Assembly: GCA_013265495.1 (NCBI GenBank)
Contig: MU058844.1
Location: 7,935,260 to 7,999,259 of the forward strand
Direction of reading: 5' to 3'
Length of the DNA: 64,000 nucleotides
Source: Vicugna vicugna
Taxonomy: Eukaryota
The notes beneath the pieces are model-generated. The model was not told where the DNA came from and did not search any database. It saw only the letters and a list, made by a program, of their open reading frames with translations. Each line of letters opens with the position of its first letter. Within the stretch, counting starts at the first letter, position 1. Both the position numbers and the translations under genes were made by a program. This document shows positions 27,460-37,150 of this stretch, piece after piece.

Positions 27460-27821
27460 CAGATGCCCCTGAGCCCCCTCTTTGACTAAGCCTCATCCTT
27501 GGGCCTTTTCTTAGGCTCAAGCTGTAGCAAGAAGTCTACTAAGTCAACTGAGTGAGACTCGCCCCACTCCTGGTATCTGATAACACTGGCTGGCCTTCGG
27601 CTAGACTTCTGTTAAGTTGCTTTACCAAGAATCTCCCTGCCCTTGATGTCCCTTAGTAATTTTCAGTCCACTGACCTTCCCCAGCTGCCCCTGCCGTATC
27701 CCAGGTTGAACCTCGTCTCTCTCCCCTACTTCCACAGTCTTGACACTTACCACAATAGTCCTGAATAAAGTGTTCCTTACTATTTTTATAAGCATCAGAA
27801 TATATTTTTTTTCCTTTAACA
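27460..27821 (+). mobile_element. MER31-like ERV1 LTR
   Basis: TAGCAAGAAGTCTACTAAGTCA, CCCTTGATGTCCCTTAGTAATTTTCAGTCCACTGAC, AATAAAGTGTTCCTTAC; ends TTCCTTTAACA. Confidence 0.75.
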
Positions 27822-28305
27822 AAGACACAGCACGTTCAAGAATAAAGTCATCTACCAATCTTGGAATTTTTCAGGATCTGCCCAACTTTTACTTGTCTTG
27901 AGGGTAAAGTATAAAATAATTTTTATCTGTAGATGTGAGAGTACAGATAGATAACAAGGAATTAGGAGCAGTGGAAACAAAAATAGGAGCGGAATGTTAC
28001 AGAACAATCCAAAGAGGGAGGGGGTGAAGATTCTGACACAAACGCAGCTTTTTTGTTAATGTTTCCGTGCATATTTAGAGAAACATGACCCCATATGGCC
28101 AATCAAGGATCAGAAACATAAATGTCTCAAAGGTTAAGGGAAATGGGGGAGGCCAGCTGTGGAAATAACCAAAGGGGATTATGAGGAATGTGGTGACTGG
28201 GGGTAGCGGGGAGGTCACATTTTTGTGATGGTGGCAGCTACTGGTCCACCCAGGTTGATACTCCCAGGTATGAATGTGGGCTAATGTGGTTAGATCAGCT
28301 GAGTT

Positions 28306-28351
28306 AAAACAAAAATAAAAACAAAACAAAACAAAACGAAACAGAAAAAAA
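28306..28351. repeat. (AAAAC)n imperfect repeat
   Basis: Direct reading. Confidence 0.8.
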
Positions 28352-30499
28352 CCCCAAACTCAGGAATTCAGTGTCTCTGGAGGAGAAGGGACTAAATGAA
28401 ATTTTAGTGTGTGGTCCCACAATTGAAACAATTATAGCCATAAATCTATGCAAAAGATACCCCCACAAAGAAATGTGAGTAAAAATAAACATGCTTGGAT
28501 TTAGGGAACATAATTAAGTGGAATTTCCCAAAGGTTTTGATGTTCCTCAACCCCAAAGTACTCAAGCTGATTTACTTTATAGCCAAGAGCCACGAGTTCC
28601 TGCCCAGGCCTGACACCCTCCTCACCGCCACCCCTCTTTCTGGTTGTGAATCTAAAACACACACACAACACATACACACACTTTCAAAAAGTGGTGCTCA
28701 GAAATGACTGCATGTGGACTGTGATGAATAACAATACCCTGAGGATGGGAAAATGTAAAGTCAGCTTCGTTCAGCCCAGGTATCTGACCCCAGTCTAGGC
28801 GACAACAAGCCCACACCAACAGTCAGTAAACAAGTGGGTTGTATGAACCATCTGTGTCTCCTAAGCCCAAAGAGCTATTATACAAGATGATAAACAAAAG
28901 AAAAACAGTAACCACTTCAGAAATACATTTTTTTTCTCCTGGTTTATCTAACATTTTGGAAAGAGAAGTGTACTATAAAGCAACAACAACTTAGGCAGGA
29001 CAGAAAAGAACGCACCAAAAACTCAACTTTGTAACTTGTCAGAAGAAAAGCAACATCTAAGTAATTTGGAAATAGGATCTACAGGAGAAAGGGGCTTGAA
29101 GGGGTGTGATGGGACTGAAACTGATCTTGGCATAAGTGAAGTTCTCAGCAAAGTGAGCATCTCTTTTGCTGAAATTAGATGAGAAGAATTAGACATTTGA
29201 TTTCTACTGCTGGGTTCATAAATATACATAATAACAATGAGATGAAGCCTGTTCATGAACTGAAGTAGAATTAGGGTTTGCTGACTTAATCTGGGTATGT
29301 GTGACTAAATATTAGTCTATTTCAATGACATCTCTGGCCCCATTTAGTAATAAAAGCAGGTAAAAGGTAGGGGAAGCTGAAGACGATTTCTCCCTCATGG
29401 AACCCTATTTATTCTGGGTTTGCCAACTTACTCCATTTTCTGACTGTAAAATAGATAGAAATATTTGAAACTGAAGTGCCTAGTGAGAGTGGGAAATCTA
29501 TTTGCACTATGAAACACATTTTCCTCATAAAGTCAATCTGATGATTCTGGGATCCGTGTATTACTAATGCCTGAAAGTCAAGAGACACACGGTATGTAAT
29601 TTTCCCACATCACAGAAGCTTGTGGAAAGTTTTGGAAGGGCCATATGGTTTTTCCTCCATTTACAAGCAGAAATGTGGTTTAACTGCTTCCCAGACAAAT
29701 TATTATTAATGCTGTCATTTCCACCCCCCCCCCCCAATGAAACAGCAATCTCAGTAATACCCCCTCTGCCCCAAATCCCTTGTATGGTCAAATCTGAATC
29801 TGTTTAAGTTAATTTCATGCTTTCTTATTCTAATTAGGGTTGAGGAATATCTTTGTCATCAGAAGACAACTGAGTATTTTCTAACTCTTCTATCAGAAGG
29901 TAATTCTTAACCTTTTCCCCCAGATCCTAATCTTAGTGGTGATTTCTACAGCAGAGCCATCTCTCCCGACCCCATTCCACTACCATATTTACCATAAAAA
30001 AGGGCAGTCCAAATTGAAAGTAGTGTACTATAGAATCCACGTACTAGTTCATAACACAGTTTCACTCTTACGGTAAGCTCATTTCTTTAAATCTCGTATT
30101 TCTCATTTGATCTTTTGACATATAATCATTGCTAAAGAGCTCAGATAGCATCAGCTTTGATTTCATAATAATGCTGATATAATTTGTGTCCTAAGTGCCT
30201 GGGAGAGGTATAATGCATGTGTGTAATTTTCTATTGTATAATCTGATCCTTGGAACACATTCCCCTTGAATTCATATGTCATGAATGCACACTGGGAAAC
30301 ATTTATAAAATAGTATACATAGTAGAGATATAAAAGGTAAAGTAAACATCTAGCATAAAAGTCAGAGAGTTGAATCAAAATTAGAAGTAATCTACTGGTG
30401 GTTTGAGAACTTCTAACCTCATATTTAAACACACACATACACACACCCTTTAACACCTGTCTTTAATATTCAATAAATACATACTTAGTATCTCTTTGG

Positions 30500-31880
30500 T
30501 ATGGCCCTCTTTCATTTCCACTTACTTACAGAATAAGTTTATACTCTCTGCTTCCCATTCTCTGTTTCCTCAACACCTTAAAACCTCCTGCCCATGTCAT
30601 TTGCATGAAACTGAACTCGTGAAGGTAGTCCACGTCACCTTATCCTCCAAAATCAAATGGCTTTCTCAGTCCTCTTTTTCTTTACTGTTTAGGAGCAATG
30701 GAAACTGCTCACCAGTGATGATTTCTACATCCTGCTGTTGCCTTATGTCTTCTGTGCCCCATATTCCAAATGCAGAGATGCTCAGGGGTGTGAAACTGGC
30801 TCTCTTCTCTCTTGGACATTCTCTCCTTTGATCATCTCATTCACAGCTTTGAGGCTATCTCCTTCCTGCAAACTTCTCTGTCCCTAAAGATGGCCTTCTC
30901 CCCTAACCGCCCACTTGATAGGAATGTACCACAGAAAATTAGAACATCCTCCCTCTAACTTAGAATCTGCTTGGTCCAAACTTAACACTTTCCTCTTAAA
31001 ACAAACACAGTCTTTTGTCCTATTTTTGTGTAGGATTTTTTTTCCCCCAACACTTACTGGGCCAATAAATTTTCTTATTCATATCCTACAAATAATCTGC
31101 ATATTTCCCCTGCATGTTCTTTTCCATTCTGCTGTGTTTCTGTACTTTAGGATCTATTATGCCTTCTGTCTACACTATTATAATGACCTTTTATTTGGTT
31201 TTCCCAAAGCTGCATCTCCCATCTCTACTTTCTCAAATGCAAGTCACATTCTTCATTACATCATATAAATGGCCATCCTAAAATCCCACTTTCATTACGT
31301 CATCCTGCTTAACTTAATCCTAGATTACAAACTCCTCATTCTTAGCGTGGTAGTCAATGCCTTTTATCTGATTTTCTATTATTTGCAGTTCTATTGCCCC
31401 TACCTTTTCTCTCTGCCCCGACTCCCCTCACTGGCAGTGTTAAACACATACGCTTACTGATTTCTGAGGCCATGTCCTCGTTCAGGCACATGCCTCTACC
31501 TGCCATAATTCTCTCCTTTCCTCTCCTCCTGTTAAAATCTTCACCTATAAACAACCAATCATTTCAAGATTCTCTAAGTTTGCCAACTCTGACTCAACGT
31601 CTTCTAGGCTCAATCCAGCTGAAAGTAATTTTTTCTCTCCTGTGTCCTTTTCCAACCCCTAGCTTACATCACTCATAGAGTACTTTCGTAGCATCATTTA
31701 CCGCCCGAAGCGTGAGGATTTGGATCTGTGTGTCCTCTCCTCTACTCTCTCCCCACATTAGATAGCACATTTCTCAAGGTCAGGGTTAATTTTTCATACC
31801 TTTGAAATCCTACTGCACTTGGCATAGAATTTTACACAATGTTGGAACTTGATTAAAAAAAAAAGAAGTTGAATGAATTC
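30500..31880 (+). mobile_element. L2 remnant (RT-derived region through 3' end)
   Basis: ORF 30496..30831 contains HETELVKVVHVTLSSK, resembling L2 RT TETALVKVTNDL; pyrimidine-rich; ends GTTGAATGAAT. Confidence 0.65.
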
Positions 31881-32931
31881 AGACCTAAAACAAGTATAGG
31901 TAGAAAAATACAAATTCTAGAGACCTGATCATTAGGAAATACCCTCTTCCAACTCTAGAGTTTACTAAAAGCCAAGTAGAAGTGAATGACTTTGTACTAT
32001 GCAAATTCCCCAACCTTCTCATTTTTAAAAAAAAATTAAAAATTCAGAAATTAATGTAGAAATTGGTTTACTTCCCACAGGAGGAACAGAACAGTTTCCT
32101 TTTAATGTTCCTTTCAGTCCTCAAGAGTCAGCAGTTTTTGATGTGCGTAAGTGGGAGAGAAGACACAGAAAAGTATTGCCTTTTTAAAGTAACTGCCACA
32201 GAAAGATCGATTTTATTTATAAAAATGGCAAACTGAAAGTGTGCAAACTTAAAATGGAAATTTTAGGAAAGAGCTTTCCCACTAGAAAAATGTTTTAATA
32301 TGAGGTTTAATTTTAGAGCAATCACCCTCGACAAACAAATAAAAATTTTTCTGGTGTCATTTCTGTAATAAATATATTTCTCTAAATGTGCACTTCAGTA
32401 AATGGCAATGTATTAAATATCCCTGATGAAGAGACAATGTCAGAATCTAAAAGTTAAAATTACATGTGCCTGCTAATTTAGATTTGTCATTATTTTAGCA
32501 TTTGGTCACCAGAATTCTTTGTATATGAAACAATCCAAAAAGTCAATTAATAATTTTAAAGTAAGTTGTACAGAAAAATAAGGCTTTTGTAGAATAGAAA
32601 AAATGAAGCAATTCATCATGGGACATACTGAAGAAATGGAATAGGTATTTTACTAAGAAAGAAATCCATCCTACAGGTAATCAATAATCTTAATATGATG
32701 ATAATAAGTGCTCATGCACAAGGGTTGCAATCACTAATTGTCCTTTGCATAGTCATGATCTGACATGAGCAAGGCTGAAACATCCACAGAGTCCTCATAC
32801 AGAGCTGCTGATTATTGTAGTTGAAACTAAACAATAGAAGAAAATGCTTTATGAAAAATAAGGGTAAAATTAGATTATGGTGTAGACAAGGAAGATAGAA
32901 AGACTAGTGAAACTAAAAGAGGGAATAATGA

Positions 32932-33008
32932 GGGGAGGGTATAGCTCAGTGGTAGAGCAAACGCGTACCATGCACGAGGTCCTGGGTTCAGTCCTCAGTA
33001 CCTCCATT
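32932..33008 (+). mobile_element. tRNA-Ala-derived camelid-type SINE (Vic-1-like)
   Basis: GGGGAGGGTATAGCTCAGTGGTAGAGC (A box)...GAGGTCCTGGGTTCAGTCCTCAGTACCTCC (B box), then an A tail; AGGGAATAA repeated at 32920-32928 and 33427-33435. Confidence 0.85.
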
Positions 33009-33022
33009 AAAAAAAAAGTGGA

Positions 33023-33411
33023 ATAAGTTTGTTTTCTATGTCTGTGAGTCTGTTTCTGTTTTGCAAATGAGTTCACTTGTGTCTTTTTTTTTTTAAGATT
33101 CTGCATAAAAGTGATATCACATGATATTTTTCTTTCTCTTTCTGGCTTACTTCACTTAGAATGGTGATCTCTAGGTCCAAGGAGAAAATGGGAGTTCAAG
33201 ATTTGCAGATACTAACTACTAAATATAAAATAGATTTTGTACAAGTTTCTACTGTATAGCACAGGGAACTATACTCAATCTCTTATTGTGATCTACAATG
33301 AAAAAGAATGTGAAAAGGAATACATGTATGTATATGGATGACTGAAACGTTATGCTGTGCACCAGAAATTGACACAACATTGTAAACTGACTAGACTTTA
33401 ATAAAAAAAAA
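33023..33411 (+). mobile_element. 5'-inverted (twin-primed) L1 3' fragment inserted in the SINE tail
   Basis: 33023-33179 is the reverse complement of the L1 segment at ~23575-23737; 33180-33411 is forward L1 3'UTR; TSD AAAAAAAAAGTGGA at 33009-33022 and 33403-33416. Confidence 0.9.
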
Positions 33412-34267
33412 GTGGACAAAAAAAAAAGGGAATAAGAGTTGAGGTCTGTTTACTATGTTCTCATATAAACAGGTAACTCAAATATATTAAAGTACAGAAA
33501 TAACATAGGATCTTTTTATGACAAAAGGAATAAACAGCTATAAACAAGATAAATGTCACAGGGATGTTTTAATTTAGATCACATGCTAACTGCTAATAAA
33601 TCATTACGTGGGGCTGTTGTTTAAATCAATCTCTTCATTTCAGAATAGAAACCTGTACTATTGTCAAGGTTTGTATTTTATCAGTGACAATTTGGTGGCA
33701 TCTTACTTTCCTACATTTTGTACAGACACCCAAACACAATTCATAGAACAGATTAGGGGGAGACCACGTCTGTTGCTCCAGCAACTGTAGTATCAGTTAC
33801 CTATTGTTAAATATAAACTTCCTATTCTATCCAAATCTACAAAATATTTAATTCATTGCTGCCAGATAAGGAAAATATTATTTGAATAAATGCATTTTTC
33901 CAAAGCAATCTGCAGCATGTTTATAAAGAAAGTTTTTTAAGGTTTCAGAAAAAGTGGCTTCAAGTGGGAGATTAAATATTGATTTTACGATTTGGCCAGT
34001 CATTTAAAATACATAATCTCATAAGTCAGGCTTACATCTTCTAGTGCTTCATTGTCTTTTTCATTTTGTAGGTAAAGTCAGAGAGTTCAGACAGCCCTTC
34101 TCTGGCTAATCCATTACAACGTGCTGAAGAAAACCATCTGATCAATGACTTAAAAATAAAAGTGACGGTCAAGGGAGTGCTACTCAACAAATAAAGGTTG
34201 AACTTATCATTCAGAGTATGTGTTTGTGTATAAGAAGTATTACATCCTTGTATTAATCAATGTGAAG

Positions 34268-34350
34268 GGAAAACAGAAGGGAAAGGAGGGAGTGAGGGAG
34301 AAAGGAAAGAAGGAAGGAAGAAAAAGGAGGAAAGAAAGAAAGACAAAAAA
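34268..34350. repeat. GA-rich (GGAA/GAAA)n polypurine tract
   Basis: Direct reading. Confidence 0.8.
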
Positions 34351-34494
34351 ACTCTGAGTCCTATCATCAATGAATTTATAATAGTAAGTTAAAGGTCTAA
34401 AATCCAACCCTTTTCTTAGAAATGCTACATAAAGATGCCCAAACTCGGGGGTTTACAAAGCCGTGCCTCTAGGGTAACTTCCCCTGCCCGTCCT

Positions 34495-34712
34495 AATTCC
34501 CTGTTCTTGCTCCATTTTTCTCCAGCGCACTTACCACAGTAAGACATACTATAGACTTCACTTATCTGCTCTGCTCAGTCTCCTCGCCACTAGATTAAGG
34601 TCCTAAGGGGCAGAGACACCTGCCAGTTGTGTTCACTGCTGGGTATCCAGTGCTTGGAATAGTGTCTGGCACTTAACAGGAGCTCACTAAATATTTTATG
34701 AATAAATAAATG
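34495..34712 (+). mobile_element. L2 3' end
   Basis: CACTAGATTAAGGTCC..GGGCAGAGAC..TGTTCACTGCTG..AGTGTCTGGCAC..AGGAGCTCACTAAATATTTTATGAATAAATAAATGA. Confidence 0.8.
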
Positions 34713-34811
34713 AGAGGACCATTATTGTTTTGGTTTCCTAGACTTCTGGCTTACATTTTCTTTCTAAGATATAACTGCATTTTTACCATCAAATTTTCTC
34801 TTATGCACACC

Positions 34812-35006
34812 AGCAGCCTGGGTTACAATGTGATTCCACTTTCTAGCTGTGGTACTGGGTGAGTTGTTAAATTCTCTGAACTTCAGCAGAATGGGGATCA
34901 CAGAAGTATCTGTGGGTTGTTGGAGAAATGAATGAGAGAAGTCACATGAAGTACTCAGCACAATGCTCGACACATAGGTGTTTAACAAATTTTAGTGGTT
35001 ATTGTT
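34812..35006 (+). mobile_element. MIR
   Basis: CCACTTTCTAGCTGTGG..GGGTGAGTTGTTAAATTCTCTGAACTTCAG..AATGGGGAT..CAGCACAATGC..CACATAGGTG. Confidence 0.75.
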
Positions 35007-36152
35007 CTTACTATTATAACTAGTAAATTGTCCTCATCTGTTGCAAACAGCTCACTGATTCTTAAAGCACTTCATAATTAATGAAAGTGGGGACATTCAG
35101 ATTCAGGACTAAGGTTTACATGATTGAGTCTCCTGAAAAAAAGTTAACTTCCTATGCGGGTTGCGTTCAGGAAGGATTAATCCTTCTCTTGTGCTCCCAC
35201 AGGACTGTCTATACCTCTGTGTAGGAACCGCCACATTGTATTTCAATTAGTTGATTATGTTCAGTCTTCTCTGCTACACTGTGTGGTCTTTTAGGGTATA
35301 AAATTTCTGTATCCTATCACAAAGCAGGCATTCTATAGATGTTTGCCCAAAGGATGAGTTACCGTAAAGATGAGACTGATTCCATTATTTGTAGTCGCAT
35401 CACATGTGCACTTTCATTACTGTTTGAAAATTACATTTCTCAACAGACAGTATAGATCTAGAGAGCAGGACAGAGGTTTTAGAGTTGGAGAGTGATGCAG
35501 GGCAGCATGTGTGAGGATAAAAGCAATGCCCTGGAATTCAGTGATGGACTGTGAATAAAGAAGTGCTTAGAAGACCCATATAAAACCAGTTCTTATTTTC
35601 TCATAAATGGTTACTCTATTTCAATAGTAATGATCTCATTTATATCCATCTTACTTTATGGAAGTGTGACTACCCAGGGAAAAATTCTAATAAAAACATA
35701 CTTGATCAAGTTGAAAAGCACAGTTATTAGAAACAAAGACTGGGGAAATGGAAAGAAACCCCCAGCTTCAGGTTTGACTCTTATGTAAGAATCAAAAAAA
35801 ATTTGAAATGTGAGGAAGTCCACAGGTATGTAACACCACAGCAAAAATACTTTCAAAGAACTCATTTTAAAAGTCATCCAGATGCAAAATACTGAATAAT
35901 GCTAAAACCTGTATTCAAATGATGAAAATTTACAGTGCTTCACACAGGATAGTAAACAGCAATTTGTACCTTTGGAAAAAGAAGGACGCTGGAGACTGGC
36001 AGATTTTACCGTTGAATCAGCCATTTAGTGTGTATTCAAAACAAAAGATCAGAGAGAAAAATACCCAGGATCATAAGGCTTCTCTGCCTCAAACTCTCAC
36101 CTGCTGTGAGTCTATCCCTCTGAGTCATGCTTCTCATTAGGAAGGTACTTAC

Positions 36153-36216
36153 ATTAGGCCTCAGCCTGGCCGCCAGATCATAATACTTCTCAGCTGCTTC
36201 ATTGAGGCTAGCCTGT
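36153..36216 (-). CDS. TMTC2: TMTC2 internal coding exon (64 bp; probably exon 11, penultimate), (R)QASLNEAAEKYYDLAARLRPN
   Basis: Minus strand reads (T)n aacag|A CAG GCT...CCT AAT|gtaagt. 1+63 nt, completes the AG|A Arg codon. Seen inside ORF 36036..36236. Confidence 0.96.
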
Positions 36217-36384
36217 CTGTTAAAAAAAAAAGGCAATCAGATTATATCATTTATTTTAAAATTACAGATAGGTGAACAGAATCATTATGCAGCAAAATCA
36301 TATTAACTTCAAAAAATTATAATCATGCCAATCAAATAATATGTTGACTAAGCAGAAAAAGGTCATTAAAAGTTGAATGCACAC

Positions 36385-36437
36385 CTGTACACCAGAAACT
36401 AACACAACACTGTCAATCAACGATATTTCAAAAAAAA
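36385..36437 (+). mobile_element. Ultra-short (~50 bp) L1 3' tip with TSD
   Basis: CTGTACACCAGAAACTAACACAACACTGTCAATCAACGATATTTCAAAAAAAA matches the L1 extreme 3' end (cf. 33356-33410); flanks AAAAGTTGAATGCACAC / AAAATTTAATGCACAC. Confidence 0.75.
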
Positions 36438-36443
36438 TTTAAT

Positions 36444-36484
36444 GCACACAGTGGTCTTTAAGGCACACAGTGGTCTTTAAGGCA
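36444..36484. repeat. Perfect 19-bp tandem duplication GCACACAGTGGTCTTTAAG x2
   Basis: Units at 36444-36462 and 36463-36481. Confidence 0.95.
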
Positions 36485-36829
36485 TTGTAAATAGCTCAAC
36501 ATAACCCTATTCAGTAGGTATCATTATTTTAAACTTACATATTAGGAATTAGAAATGCTATTTTCCTTTCCCAAGCTAACCCAGATAATATGTTACAGGG
36601 TTGGGATTCTCTGACTTCAATACAATGTCCCAGAAAAATCTTAATTTTTAAAAACAAACTCAAGATTATTATTTCGTTGCTTTTGTTTTATGAAAATAGT
36701 GACTATTTGCAGGTTAAAAAAAAAAAGTCCTGTATCTATCTAGACAGCTACTCTTTTTCCAATTCAGGAGGGAAACCTTCCATTGTGTATAGTCTTTAGA
36801 AGGAAAAAAAAATTTAAAAAAAAGGTCAG

Positions 36830-37150
36830 TCTCCTCTCTGCTCTCTGGCCACCAGGGTAGATGCATGGCATTGCCTAAGCTAGTGGAATGTTCTTACTCA
36901 GGACTTGCATTCCTGAGTGAGTGACAGGAAAATGAAGGGATGGCTAGAATTTGCTCATCTAGCAAATTCTAGGGTGGATGCATCCATCTAGGGTGGATGC
37001 AACCAGGCTGGTCAAACTCCTTCCCTCAGGAGCTGCTATTGGATGTCCTGCTTTTTTACAGGAAGAGGCTGGGTGACCTTGTTTCCGGCTGATTCAAGCT
37101 GTGTCTTCCAGCCAGTAGTGAATTCTGTAATTCCCACAGCCTTCAAATAG
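36830..37150 (+). mobile_element. Possible old ERVL LTR fragment (LTR16/LTR33-like)
   Basis: GCATGGCATTGCCTAAGCTAG..TCAGGACTTGCATTCCTGAG weakly resembles ERVL LTR motifs. Confidence 0.3.

Larger units (their letters stand above)
1..36152 (-). other. TMTC2: TMTC2 intron downstream of the 64-bp exon (probably the last intron; extends beyond window start)
   Basis: Begins with a GTAAGT donor. No sequence encoding the expected terminal-exon peptide (YPAALMNLGAILHLNG..., recalled) was found in 1-36152. Confidence 0.8.

Noticed and set aside
32932..33008. tRNA gene
   Set aside because: The anticodon arm is degraded, and it has an A-tail and flanking direct repeats, so it is a SINE.
1..36152. TMTC2 terminal exon and 3'UTR
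   Set aside because: Searched by eye for the expected C-terminal peptide on the minus strand and did not find it; it probably lies outside the window.
36036..36236. Stand-alone 66-aa protein
   Set aside because: Only 36153-36216 is exon; the N-terminal FFF comes from the polypyrimidine tract and the C-terminal part is intron read-through.
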